Source: Candidatus Latescibacterota bacterium (GTDB lineage Bacteria > Latescibacterota > UBA2968). From it: a stretch of 64,000 nucleotides of DNA. Positions 7,655-17,224 of this stretch are shown piece by piece. Numbering within the stretch: position 1 is the first letter of the stretch; each line of letters opens with the position of its first letter. The translations under genes were made by a program, and so were the position numbers. The stretch spans positions 2,304,001 through 2,368,000 of the forward strand of contig OZ241986.1 of NCBI GenBank assembly GCA_965204375.1, in the 5' to 3' direction. Under the pieces are notes generated by a model, which saw only the letters and a program-made list of their open reading frames with translations, was not told where the DNA came from and did not search any database.

Positions 7655-9895
7655 ATGAGGGACGCGCAGAAACCTGATCATGTCAGTCTAACGAGCTTAA
7701 TCAACCGCCTACGTGATGGGAGCTACGTAATTCCCGATTTCCAGCGCGAATTTGAGTGGAATCCTGGAGATATTCTCGCATTGATGCGGTCAATCTTTCT
7801 CGATTACTATATTGGAAGCCTACTTTTGTGGAAAGGAAAGGCGGAGAACTTCAAAGCACTGGCGTGTGAACCAATCTACGGACATGTCGGAAATGGAAAT
7901 CAATCGACCATAGTCCTTGACGGACAACAGCGTCTTACTGCAATGTACTATACGTTCTGTGCTCCCGATGTACGACTTCCTAATCGTGCCAATAGGTACC
8001 TCTACTTCATTCACGTCGATAGATTCATGGATGAATCCTACGATACTGCATTCTACTACGACTGGACTCGGCGGGGGCTGAACTTATTAAAAAATAAGGA
8101 AGCTCAGTTTCAGAGACATATCTTTCCTCTCGCTGTCGTAGGCGAAGGCGGTTGGGCTTTGCCGAACTGGGTACAAGAATATGAACGCTATTGGCATCAG
8201 GAAGCCATTGATGCGCGCGAGGAGGGTGATATCGCTGAAGCTGATAATGCTCAGCACCACGCAGAGAATGCAGGTACCTTTGGCAAGCATCTCAAGGAAA
8301 TTACTGAGGAGTATCAGGTTGCCCTTATTGAACTTGATCAAGATATTGAGATCGACAAAGTATGTGACATTTTCACGCAGATTAACAGCAGGGGCAGGCG
8401 GCTCGACATCTTCGATCTTATGAACGCCTTGCTAAAGCCCAAGGGGCTTCAACTGAAGCATATGTGGCGTATAGCGGAGCCACGGCTTGACTTTGTCGAG
8501 ACAGATCGAATGAATGTCTATATCCTGCAAATTATGTCGATCCTTCGACAAAACTACTGCTCACCGAAGTACCTGTATTACCTTCTTCCGGGACAAGAAC
8601 GAACTGTTCGTGAGCCTGATGGTTCGTTAAAAAAAGAAATTCTGGTTCCAAATATCACCGATTTTGAGCAACGGTGGGAGCAGGCAGTAGAAGCATTGGA
8701 AGATGCAATTGAACTCTTACGATCTCCTCAGGAGTTTGGTGCCATTTCTTCTAAATACCTACCCTATGTCTCAATCCTACCCGTATTTGCTGCTCTCCAG
8801 GCTTATTCACGGCAACTACCGCCCAACCAACGACTTAATACCAAACGCAAAATCCGTCACTGGTACTGGGCAAGCGTTTTTACAAACCGGTATTCCGGAT
8901 CGGTAGAATCAACGAGTGCGAGTGACTTCATTGCTGTCAAGAATTGGTTTAAAAATAATGATGATGAACCTGACATGATCGCTGAATTCCGCTTACGCTT
9001 CCGTGAACTTGATTTGAATAGAGAGACAAAGCGCGGCACTTCTATCTACAACGGCATTTTTAACCTACTCGTACTACGAGGAGCAAGAGACTGGAGTACC
9101 GGAAACGCTCCACGACCAGATGACCTTGATGACCACCACATTGTACCAAAATCTTGGGGAAAGAGAGTGGGCTTGAGCAATCGTATCGACACAATTCTGA
9201 ACCGGACACCTCTTACATCTGAAACAAACCGTGAAGTGATTCGTGATAATCTCCCGAACAGCTACCTACCAGAATTGATTGATGCCAGTGGCGAAGACAC
9301 CGTACGAGCAATATTGGAATCGCACTTCATCTCACCAGCAGCATTTGACATTCTGCTGCGGCAACCCTTTGAGGAGGAAGACTTTGAAGCCTTTATATCA
9401 GAACGTCAGCGAACCTTGAAAGACGCGATTGAAGACTTACTTGTAAAAGAAAGGTTGGATCTTGCTCCGAAGTTACGAGAATTGGACGCCAAAATCGAAA
9501 GTGTTGAACTTGATCTACGCCAAACGATAATCAAGAACTTAAATGGTAATGTATCTCAACTTCCGTCACACATTCTTCAAAGCGCCAAGTCCAGGCTTCT
9601 ATCTGCGGCAAAAAAGAACCCTGAACTTGATGAAGATTATTATCAACGGCTTCCGGGGATACTAGAGTACTGCGACTTGCGAGAGCTTCAAGCAACGCTC
9701 ACAAATAAGGCAATCTGGCCCATTTTCCAAGAGTGTTTCAAAAACAACAAAGAAATGGTTGACAGACGTTTTGATCAACTGTGTGAACTACGAAATGGTA
9801 TCCGCCATAGCAGGACGGTTACCGAGGTGACGCAGAAGGAAGGTGAAGCGGCAATCGTTTGGTTTGAGCATATTCTCATGACACAGACGGAATAG
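7655..9895 (+). CDS. GmrSD-family (DUF262 + DUF1524/HNH) modification-dependent restriction protein with C-terminal HEPN-like domain
   Basis: IPDFQREFEW, LDGQQRLT and FTQINSRG (DUF262); DDHHIVPKS..NRTPLTSETN (HNH-type); C-terminal helical domain with LRNGIRH (RxxxxH). Confidence 0.88.
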   Translation: MRDAQKPDHVSLTSLINRLRDGSYVIPDFQREFEWNPGDILALMRSIFLDYYIGSLLLWKGKAENFKALACEPIYGHVGNGNQSTIVLDGQQRLTAMYYTFCAPDVRLPNRANRYLYFIHVDRFMDESYDTAFYYDWTRRGLNLLKNKEAQFQRHIFPLAVVGEGGWALPNWVQEYERYWHQEAIDAREEGDIAEADNAQHHAENAGTFGKHLKEITEEYQVALIELDQDIEIDKVCDIFTQINSRGRRLDIFDLMNALLKPKGLQLKHMWRIAEPRLDFVETDRMNVYILQIMSILRQNYCSPKYLYYLLPGQERTVREPDGSLKKEILVPNITDFEQRWEQAVEALEDAIELLRSPQEFGAISSKYLPYVSILPVFAALQAYSRQLPPNQRLNTKRKIRHWYWASVFTNRYSGSVESTSASDFIAVKNWFKNNDDEPDMIAEFRLRFRELDLNRETKRGTSIYNGIFNLLVLRGARDWSTGNAPRPDDLDDHHIVPKSWGKRVGLSNRIDTILNRTPLTSETNREVIRDNLPNSYLPELIDASGEDTVRAILESHFISPAAFDILLRQPFEEEDFEAFISERQRTLKDAIEDLLVKERLDLAPKLRELDAKIESVELDLRQTIIKNLNGNVSQLPSHILQSAKSRLLSAAKKNPELDEDYYQRLPGILEYCDLRELQATLTNKAIWPIFQECFKNNKEMVDRRFDQLCELRNGIRHSRTVTEVTQKEGEAAIVWFEHILMTQTE

Positions 9896-9930
9896 CAATT
9901 ATTGTCGTGAATTCCTTGGACTTAGCACAG

Positions 9931-9968
9931 GTTATAGAGACATTGCTCTATAACACAGAACATATAAT
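9931..9968 (+). promoter_or_regulatory. Palindromic operator-like site and -10 box upstream of the RHH gene
   Basis: Perfect inverted repeat GTTATAGAG-N6-CTCTATAAC at 9931-9954, and TATAAT at 9963-9968. Confidence 0.5.
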
Positions 9969-9977
9969 AGGCTATCC

Positions 9978-10214
9978 ATGACCCGATGGAATATCGTCAT
10001 ATCAGAGGAAACCGACCGCCAGGTTCGGAGTTATCTGGCCCGGACTGGCGGCAAAAAAGGCGATCTATCCCGTTTCGTTGACCGTGCGGTACGTCAAGCT
10101 ATCTTCTGGGAGACAGTCGAAACGGTCTGGGAACGGAACAAGCACCTTCCGGCTGAAGAAGCTCAAGCCCTCGCCGACGAAGCTGTGGATAGCGTCCGTA
10201 AGAGTTATTCTTGA
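9978..10214 (+). CDS. Ribbon-helix-helix protein, putative antitoxin
   Basis: MTRWNIVISEETDRQVRSYLA..GGKKGDLSRFVDRAVR is an RHH pattern. The tail EEAQALADEAV..VR resembles antitoxins that precede PIN toxins. Confidence 0.8.
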   Translation: MTRWNIVISEETDRQVRSYLARTGGKKGDLSRFVDRAVRQAIFWETVETVWERNKHLPAEEAQALADEAVDSVRKSYS

Positions 10215-10230
10215 ATCCAAAGTGGGCTAA
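10198..10230 (+). pseudogene. Possible PIN-toxin N-terminal remnant
   Basis: An overlapping frame reads VRVILESKVG*, resembling the MRVILDTNV start of PIN toxins, at the expected position. Confidence 0.45.
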
Positions 10231-10305
10231 TCGCGCAAATGGCTTAACCAAAAGCAAGCATTGAGGATTCTTTCAAAAAAATTTGTTGATATGTTTTTCC
10301 GATAG

Positions 10306-10377
10306 ACTGGATTGCGGCTTTAAGCATGCCGCAATGACAACCGCCGTTCGTCACTCCGGCGCAAGCCGAAGTCCAGT
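10306..10377. repeat. REP-like composite palindromic element
   Basis: Two related hairpin units in inverted orientation: CTGGATTGCGGC-tttaagcat-GCCGCAATGAC and GTCACTCCGGC-gcaa-GCCGAAGTCCAG. Confidence 0.65.
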
Positions 10378-10430
10378 GGGGTTAGACACAACTTATTTGA
10401 AATACCATTGAGTATTTGGAGGTATATGAC

Positions 10431-11564
10431 ATGGCAATTGATACCATCACATCCGAAGCCATTGATCTAATAAATCCGACTGGAAGGCGCGTATTACAAC
10501 TGACGACGAATGCGCGGCGGTCGGTGCATGGGTATTACGACCTGCCCCCGTGGTCACCTGTGGATGGGCGCATTGCATTTAGCCGCATGGACGCACCGGA
10601 TTCAAAAACAGGTGATATTTGCGTCATGGATGCCGATGGGGGCAACTTGCACAAAGTCGCCGAATCGCGGGCGATGTCCGCCAATGGCGGCGCGCTGGCG
10701 CAATGGGCATCGGACGGATCGCGGATCTACTTTAAGGATCGGGACCGCGAAACCCGTTTGATCGGATGGGTCGATCCAGACACCGGTATGTCGGGCACGC
10801 ACCCTGGAGACCTGCGGATGATTTCACCCGCTGGACACCTGCACGCCTATCACACGATGCACGGGGACTACGACGAAGACGACGTTCCCAAAATGAAAGA
10901 TGTACACGGTGTATTTGCGCAGGATTTAGAAACAGGTGAGTCCAGACAACTCGCAACCCTCGCCGATTGCCTGACACTCCATCCCCGCCGGGATGAAATT
11001 GCCGACTGGCATTTGTTTGTCAAACACACCAAATGGTCCCCCGATGGATCGCGGATGATGTTTGTATTCACCAACGAAATCCATTTTGATCGGAAATACG
11101 GCGAACTCCCCAGGGTGAAAGATGTGTACGTCATCAATGCCGACGGCTCCAATCTCAAACGTGTATGCGAATTTGGCAATCACCCACTGTGGCATCCCAA
11201 TGGTCGAGAAATACTGACCAACAGCCCATTTGAAGGCTCACCGGACAATAAACTGGTACTGACCGATGTGGAAACCGGTGAAGAGCGTCTGGCTGCGACC
11301 TGCGCAAAGGGATCGGGGCATCCCTCCTTTTCCCCAGACGGCAAATACATTGTCATAGATGTGGTGAACAACACCACAAAAGAAGCCAAATTCCTGCTCG
11401 TAGATGTCGAAACCGACACATCTGAGACCCTGTTGGAACTCCCCGTCTTCGACCACTCTCATGCCGGAACCCATCTGCACCCGGTATGGCGGCAAGACAG
11501 CTCGCAAATTCTATACGCCAGCGACGCATCCGAAATTTGCCAGTTATGTGTGTGTGACGTGTAA
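10431..11564 (+). CDS. TolB-like / oligogalacturonate-lyase-like beta-propeller protein
   Basis: Repeated blade motifs WSPVDG, WASDG, WSPDG, WHPNG, FSPDG and WRQDS. No obvious signal peptide. GGAGG RBS before ATG 10431. Confidence 0.8.
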   Translation: MAIDTITSEAIDLINPTGRRVLQLTTNARRSVHGYYDLPPWSPVDGRIAFSRMDAPDSKTGDICVMDADGGNLHKVAESRAMSANGGALAQWASDGSRIYFKDRDRETRLIGWVDPDTGMSGTHPGDLRMISPAGHLHAYHTMHGDYDEDDVPKMKDVHGVFAQDLETGESRQLATLADCLTLHPRRDEIADWHLFVKHTKWSPDGSRMMFVFTNEIHFDRKYGELPRVKDVYVINADGSNLKRVCEFGNHPLWHPNGREILTNSPFEGSPDNKLVLTDVETGEERLAATCAKGSGHPSFSPDGKYIVIDVVNNTTKEAKFLLVDVETDTSETLLELPVFDHSHAGTHLHPVWRQDSSQILYASDASEICQLCVCDV

Positions 11565-11575
11565 AGGAGAACCCC

Positions 11576-12409
11576 ATGTCCGTAAAATCAGTTTACATGA
11601 TGACCGATTTGGAAGGCTCAGCCGGAGTAGATGACTGGGACCCCAGACACCGGGAAGATGCGACAACGGCAAAAGGCGTGTACGACCGCGCTGAAATGCA
11701 GCGATTGTTGACAGGAGAAGTCAACGCCGCAGCCGAAGGATTATTTGCAGCAGGCGTAGAAAACATCATCATCAATGACGCACATGGGGCGGGACGCACA
11801 ATATTGTCAGAAGAATTGATCTCAGGCGTGAAACTCGTGCAGGGTGTCAACCGTCCCTGCTGGCTACCGGGATTATCCCCCAGATTCGACGCACTCATCC
11901 AATTGGGCATGCATGCAATGACCAATACACCCAACGGATGTCTCGCACATTCGATGAGCCGCAATATGGTCTATCGCGTCAACGGTGCCGAAGTCGGCGA
12001 GATGGAAATGGCGGCTTATTTGTGTGGCCATCTGGGCATCCCCTGGGTCTTTACATCGGGCGATCTGCACGCGTGTACCGAGTCCGAGCGCTGGGTCAAT
12101 GGTATTGTCACAGCACCTGTAAAAGAAGGCCTGGGCGAATTATGTGCGCTCCACATGGCGCCAGTAGATGCCCGCGCCCTCATCAGGACGCGCGTTTATG
12201 AAGCCATGGAGATCGTTGAAAATACCGAACCCCTCATTGCAGAAAGTCCTGTCGTGATGGAGGTAACGTTCCCCGAACCCATCCCGCCCTCGACAAAAAA
12301 AGGATTAGAGCGCGTAGATGATTTTACAATTCGGTGTGAAGGTGAATCCTTCTGGCAGGTATTTCACCACTATGTTTATGGCAAGCCCGATTATCCAGTT
12401 CCCGCGTAA
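11576..12409 (+). CDS. M55-family metallopeptidase (DppA-like D-aminopeptidase)
   Basis: MTDLEG, EVNAAAEG, NDAHG, GMHA, LAHS, VGE and SGD motifs. Confidence 0.9.
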   Translation: MSVKSVYMMTDLEGSAGVDDWDPRHREDATTAKGVYDRAEMQRLLTGEVNAAAEGLFAAGVENIIINDAHGAGRTILSEELISGVKLVQGVNRPCWLPGLSPRFDALIQLGMHAMTNTPNGCLAHSMSRNMVYRVNGAEVGEMEMAAYLCGHLGIPWVFTSGDLHACTESERWVNGIVTAPVKEGLGELCALHMAPVDARALIRTRVYEAMEIVENTEPLIAESPVVMEVTFPEPIPPSTKKGLERVDDFTIRCEGESFWQVFHHYVYGKPDYPVPA

Positions 12410-12433
12410 TTTCTTCACATTAAAGGAGGCTTC

Positions 12434-13141
12434 ATGAAAGTCAAAATAGAGAACCAATTTCGAGCGCCTTATGGCGTACCAAACGGTTTGCAACTCACCG
12501 ACGATGGTCTGTGGATTGCAGATCAGATGACGGACCGGGTGGCGTTGATGAGCATGAAAGATGAGGACAAAGACGATTATTACGGCAATCGCCGCCTGTT
12601 GAGGGACATCCCATCGGAATCCTCAAACACCAGTGGCATGGCCGCGGGCGATGGATCGCTGTGGTTGGCGGCCAATGGACCGGGGCAACGCTGGCGGCTA
12701 CCGCGCGAGACCGATGCGCCCCAAGGTGAAGTTTTGCGCGTGGATCCCTGTAACGGAGAAACACAGGGGCGCTGGGCACTACCCACGGGCGGCGGCACGC
12801 ACGGCATAGAATACGACGCAATTGAACCGGGCACATTGTGGTTGACCACCTTAAAAGAGCAGACCATTACGCAGATGCGTATTAGTGATTGGTCCGTCAT
12901 CCGCACATTAAAACTGCCTTTGCCTCGCGCACACGGCGTGGTGCGAATGGAAGAAGATTCGATCTGGGTCGTTCATACAGGTCATCGGGTAATTGTAAAC
13001 CTGGACCTTGCAACAAATGAAGAACTCGACCGCATAGAAGTGCCCGAACCACATCCCGAACCACACGGACTCTCCATCTGCAACGGCGGATTCTTGTATT
13101 GCGACGCCACATCCGGATGGGTTGCCAAAATTTCCTGGTGA
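12434..13141 (+). CDS. Beta-propeller protein (Vgb/glutaminyl-cyclase-like repeats), function unknown
   Basis: Repeated blades PNGL...LWIAD, SGMA...LWLA, THGIEY...LWLT, AHGV...IWVV and PHGL. Confidence 0.7.
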   Translation: MKVKIENQFRAPYGVPNGLQLTDDGLWIADQMTDRVALMSMKDEDKDDYYGNRRLLRDIPSESSNTSGMAAGDGSLWLAANGPGQRWRLPRETDAPQGEVLRVDPCNGETQGRWALPTGGGTHGIEYDAIEPGTLWLTTLKEQTITQMRISDWSVIRTLKLPLPRAHGVVRMEEDSIWVVHTGHRVIVNLDLATNEELDRIEVPEPHPEPHGLSICNGGFLYCDATSGWVAKISW

Positions 13142-13175
13142 GACGCAGAGGGGACATTCCTGTTATCTTCCAATT

Positions 13176-13203
13176 AGCCCCGGTCCTCCGGGGCTTTTCT
13201 TTC
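13176..13203 (+). terminator. Intrinsic terminator inside the gene cluster
   Basis: Stem-loop AGCCCCGG-tcct-CCGGGGCT followed by TTTCTTTC. Confidence 0.75.
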
Positions 13204-13218
13204 TGACAACTGAGGTAA

Positions 13219-14808
13219 GTGATGAGTAATCGAGCAGTAATCGGCGTCGATGTGGGTACAGGCAGCGTGCGGGCAGGCGTATTTGACCTGTACGGCACGA
13301 TGTTGGGCACAGCATCCTCGCCCATTCTGGAATTTAATCCCAAGCCCGATTTTTACGAACAATCCTCGGAAAATATCTGGGCAGAAACCGGGAAAGTCAT
13401 TCGCCAGGCTATCGCCCAATCTGGCCTCTCACCCGATGCCATAATCGGCATGAGTTTTGACGCCACCTGTTCTCTCGTCGTCTTAGATGCTGCTGAACAG
13501 CCCCTGACCGTATCTGAAACGGGCGAAACCGAACGCAACATCATCGTCTGGCGCGATCACCGCGCAATTGATCAGGTAAATCGCATCAATGCGGGCGGAT
13601 ACGATGTATTGCAATATGTCGGGGGCACGATGTCGCCCGAGCAAGAACCACCAAAACTGTTGTGGATCAAAGAAAACCTGCCCGAAACATGGCAAAAAGC
13701 GGGCAAATTTTTTGACCTGGCAGATTTTATGGTCTATAAAGCAACGGGGACCGACCGCCGCAGTCTGTGTACCAACGTATGCAAATGGACCTATCTGGGC
13801 CATGAATCGCGCTGGGACCGCACCTTCTTTGACGCCATTGGTCTGGACGATTTATTCGACGACGGGAAAGTGACAGAAGATATCGCACCCATGGGCGAAT
13901 ACGCGGGCACACTGAGTGCAGAAGCCGCCGATTTGATGGGATTGACAACGCAAACTGCCGTGGGTGTCGGCATCATCGATGCACATGCAGGGGGTATTGG
14001 CGTTGGCGTCAGCGAACCGATATTAGCATTGATCGGCGGCACCTCGTCGTGCCACATGGCCGTGTCAAAAGAGGCGCGATTTATCCCCGGCGTGTGGGGA
14101 CCTTACTTCGGTGCAATGCTGCCTGGCTCGTGGCTCAGCGAAGGCGGGCAAAGTGCAACGGGCGCATTGTTAGATCACACCATCGAGCGATTTGGCATGG
14201 TCAAAGAAGAAGATCACTACTGGCATGTGCTCACGGGAAAAGAAATCAATGCCGTGTACGCCGAACTCAACGCGTACATCGCCTCAAAAGGCGTGTGCTC
14301 GGATTGGACAGAACGGCTGCATATCTTGCCCGACCACCACGGCAACCGATCTCCCAAAGCCGATCCCAACGCACGGGGAATGATGGATGGTTTAACCCTG
14401 GATATGTCCTACAATACACTGGCACAAATTTATCACGCAACCATCCAGGCAGTAGCTTATGGCACGCGCAATATTATCGACGAAATGGAAAAACAGGGCT
14501 ACGCAATCGAGCAGATCAACGCATGTGGAGGCGGCACAAAAAACGAACTGTGGATACGCGAACACGCCGACGCCACACAGCGCCCCATTCACCTCCCAAA
14601 AGAACCCGAAGCCGTATTACTCGGATCGGCAATCCTCGGTGCCGTCGCCGCAGGCACCTATGAATCAATACAGGAAGCGATGGACGCAATGTGTCACGCG
14701 GGCGAGGTCATCGAACCCAATCGAGACACCGCAGATTATCACGCCTGGAAATACGAGCAACAGTTGGCTATGTACGACCAGCACGTTGACCGACGCAACA
14801 TCGACTAA
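13219..14808 (+). CDS. FGGY-family carbohydrate kinase (pentulose/D-ribulokinase-like)
   Basis: GVDVGTGSVRAG, FDATCSLV, WRDHRA, IDAHAGG, GTSSCHM, EGGQSATG and HGNRSP motifs. Confidence 0.93.
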   Translation: MMSNRAVIGVDVGTGSVRAGVFDLYGTMLGTASSPILEFNPKPDFYEQSSENIWAETGKVIRQAIAQSGLSPDAIIGMSFDATCSLVVLDAAEQPLTVSETGETERNIIVWRDHRAIDQVNRINAGGYDVLQYVGGTMSPEQEPPKLLWIKENLPETWQKAGKFFDLADFMVYKATGTDRRSLCTNVCKWTYLGHESRWDRTFFDAIGLDDLFDDGKVTEDIAPMGEYAGTLSAEAADLMGLTTQTAVGVGIIDAHAGGIGVGVSEPILALIGGTSSCHMAVSKEARFIPGVWGPYFGAMLPGSWLSEGGQSATGALLDHTIERFGMVKEEDHYWHVLTGKEINAVYAELNAYIASKGVCSDWTERLHILPDHHGNRSPKADPNARGMMDGLTLDMSYNTLAQIYHATIQAVAYGTRNIIDEMEKQGYAIEQINACGGGTKNELWIREHADATQRPIHLPKEPEAVLLGSAILGAVAAGTYESIQEAMDAMCHAGEVIEPNRDTADYHAWKYEQQLAMYDQHVDRRNID

Positions 14809-14883
14809 TCAGAAATTCGGTTGTGTTTCGCGACATATCGCATTAGCATGGAGTTGTAAATTATCAACTGAAGGAGGCAAATC

Positions 14884-15714
14884 GTGAAAATCGGATACGG
14901 CACTTATGCAATGCAAACGGAAAATATCTTCGACGCGCTCCCGCGCCTGCGCGACATAGGTTACGAAGCCCTCGAAATCAACACGGGTGACGACTGGCCC
15001 ACCGCCCCGCACAAACTCGACACCGCTACCCGCGAAACACTCGCCAAAACCATCCAGGACCTCGGCTTTGAATCCCCCGTCACAATGGCCTTGATGCCCA
15101 TCTGCACACAGGGCGATGACCGCCCGGCCATCCTCGAAAAATTTGACGCCGCCTGTATCCTCGCCAGTGACCTCGCCTTCGGCGATACTCCCGGCATCAT
15201 CGTCAGCACACTCGGCGGACTGCACGGCACCTGGGACGAAGTCAAACACACCTATTGCGATCAACTCCTCGAATTGGGCGACCACGCCGCCAAACACAAC
15301 GTCATCCTCGCAACCGAACCCCATGCGGGCCACCCGCTCGACACCCCCCAAAAAGTCGATTGGCTCATGCGGCAAACCAATCACGACAACGTCAAAGTCA
15401 ATTTCGACATGAGCCACTTTTACGTTGACGGTATCGACCTCCAGCCGAGCGTTGACCTGTGCGCCCCTTACACCGTCTCCACCCACATCAAAGACGGTCA
15501 TCGCGTCAATGGACAGGTGCGCTACCTCCTGCCCGGCGTAGGCGACTTCGACCTCGTCGCCTACTTCAAAGCCGTCGCAGCCGCAGGCATCACCGTCCCA
15601 ATCACCGTCGAGGTTACCGCGCAAATCTGGAGACAACCCGACTACGACCCCTGGCCCGTCGCCGAACAATGCTTCAAAGCACTCGATAACGCACGAAGTG
15701 AAGCAGGTGTATAA
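14884..15714 (+). CDS. Sugar phosphate isomerase/epimerase (TIM barrel)
   Basis: GYEALE, ATEPH, NFDMSHF, THIKD and TVE motifs; GGAGG RBS. Confidence 0.9.
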   Translation: MKIGYGTYAMQTENIFDALPRLRDIGYEALEINTGDDWPTAPHKLDTATRETLAKTIQDLGFESPVTMALMPICTQGDDRPAILEKFDAACILASDLAFGDTPGIIVSTLGGLHGTWDEVKHTYCDQLLELGDHAAKHNVILATEPHAGHPLDTPQKVDWLMRQTNHDNVKVNFDMSHFYVDGIDLQPSVDLCAPYTVSTHIKDGHRVNGQVRYLLPGVGDFDLVAYFKAVAAAGITVPITVEVTAQIWRQPDYDPWPVAEQCFKALDNARSEAGV

Positions 15715-15805
15715 TAGATGTACAAGCAGGGTATGGAAAATCTCAAAGGAATATGTTATCTTTTGATAAACGGATGATCTGACTTTATCACTGGAGAAAC
15801 ACGCC

Positions 15806-17224
15806 ATGCAATCTGCCAATGGCTCAAAATCGACACCCGTGACATTTCGGTTCAAAAATATCGGCCCCGTAAAAGAGGCCGATATGGAACTGGGCGATCT
15901 CACGATCATTGCCGGCCGCAATAACACCGGCAAAACGTATTTGGCATATACGCTTTATGGCTTCTTGAAAACGTGGCGAGAATTGGCTGCTTCGGTTCCC
16001 CCAGGTTTCGATCACCTTGTCAGAATGGTCATTGAAACGGGCCAAGCAGAGCAATCCATAGATCAAGAATCGTTCAATTCGGAGCGAGAGGCAATGATTC
16101 AAAGACTGACACAGGACTTCTCTGAAAAAGTTTTATCAGATGTATTCAGTTGTTCAGACGAAACTTTCGAGAGCGCATCTTTCGAAATTATACTCAACGA
16201 TGCGTTTCCATTGGCAGGACAGTCTAAAAAAGAGGGCAATTTTTCTATCACTTATGATGGAAGCAATATTGTCATAGAACAAGAGGACTTCCTGAAAAAC
16301 GATGCCTCTTTAGGGACCTTGGAAAAAAATAATTATCTGAATAATATGGGCAGGACGATGCAGATAATTCACTATCTTTACGTATCGTTTCTATCTCCGG
16401 ATTTTCCATATCCATTCATCCTTTCCGCCGAAAGATTCGGCATCTCGCTTTTTTATAAAGAGTTGGATTTTACAAAAAGTCGTTTAGTAGAGGCATTGCA
16501 GAAGTTGTCTGAAGACCGCGAAGGCGCAATAAATCCTCTTTTTTTCTTAGACGAGAGTTCTGCCCGCTATGCGTTGCCCATTAAGGATAATATTGACTAC
16601 ACCAGAAGCATAAGTGATTTTCGTAGAAAAAAAAGTGAGATTTACGGGGATAAGTTATTCAACGATATAAGGGATATGATGGATGGCTATTATAGCAACA
16701 CGGGAGACAATATCGAATTTAGGTCAACAGCACGCGGAAAACGCAAATTCATCATACCCCTGCATATTGCTTCCTCTTCGGCACGCGGATTGTCTGATCT
16801 GTACTTCTACCTGCGTTATGTCGCGCAGAAAAATCATCTCCTAATCATTGATGAGCCAGAAAGCCATCTCGATACGGCCAACCAAATACAATTGGCACGC
16901 TTGTTGGCGCGATTCATTCAAGCTGGCTTGAAAATTCTGATAACCACACACAGCGACTATCTCATCAAAGAGATCAACAACCTCATCATGTTGAGCAAGT
17001 CTTTTGAAAAAAAAGAAGAGATCGTTCAGAAACTCGGATACAAAGAGGACGATTTACTTGAACCAGATTCAGTTCGAGCGTATGTCGCAGAAGAGGATGG
17101 CTTAAGCGAGTGCGAAGTGGATGACTTTGGTATAAACATGCCAGTCTTCGACGAGACCATCGACAAAATCAATCGCGTATCAAACGAACTCGCATCCCGA
17201 CTGGCGGCGGATGGGCAAACGTAA
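15806..17224 (+). CDS. ABC/AAA_15-type ATPase, defence-associated
   Basis: FKNIGPVK, Walker A GRNNTGKT, AER, signature-like ASSS, Walker B IIDEPESHL and H-loop TTHSDY. Visibly more AT-rich than flanking genes. Confidence 0.88.
   Translation: MQSANGSKSTPVTFRFKNIGPVKEADMELGDLTIIAGRNNTGKTYLAYTLYGFLKTWRELAASVPPGFDHLVRMVIETGQAEQSIDQESFNSEREAMIQRLTQDFSEKVLSDVFSCSDETFESASFEIILNDAFPLAGQSKKEGNFSITYDGSNIVIEQEDFLKNDASLGTLEKNNYLNNMGRTMQIIHYLYVSFLSPDFPYPFILSAERFGISLFYKELDFTKSRLVEALQKLSEDREGAINPLFFLDESSARYALPIKDNIDYTRSISDFRRKKSEIYGDKLFNDIRDMMDGYYSNTGDNIEFRSTARGKRKFIIPLHIASSSARGLSDLYFYLRYVAQKNHLLIIDEPESHLDTANQIQLARLLARFIQAGLKILITTHSDYLIKEINNLIMLSKSFEKKEEIVQKLGYKEDDLLEPDSVRAYVAEEDGLSECEVDDFGINMPVFDETIDKINRVSNELASRLAADGQT

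Noticed and set aside
6384-10430. Integron cassette array or prophage/IS explanation for the insert
   Set aside because: No integrase, transposase or phage genes, and no convincing attC-like (RYYYAAC...GTTRRRY) structures found between the genes.
14809-15933. 374-aa minus-strand ORF
   Set aside because: Shadow of the plus-strand isomerase and ATPase genes; no recognisable domain.
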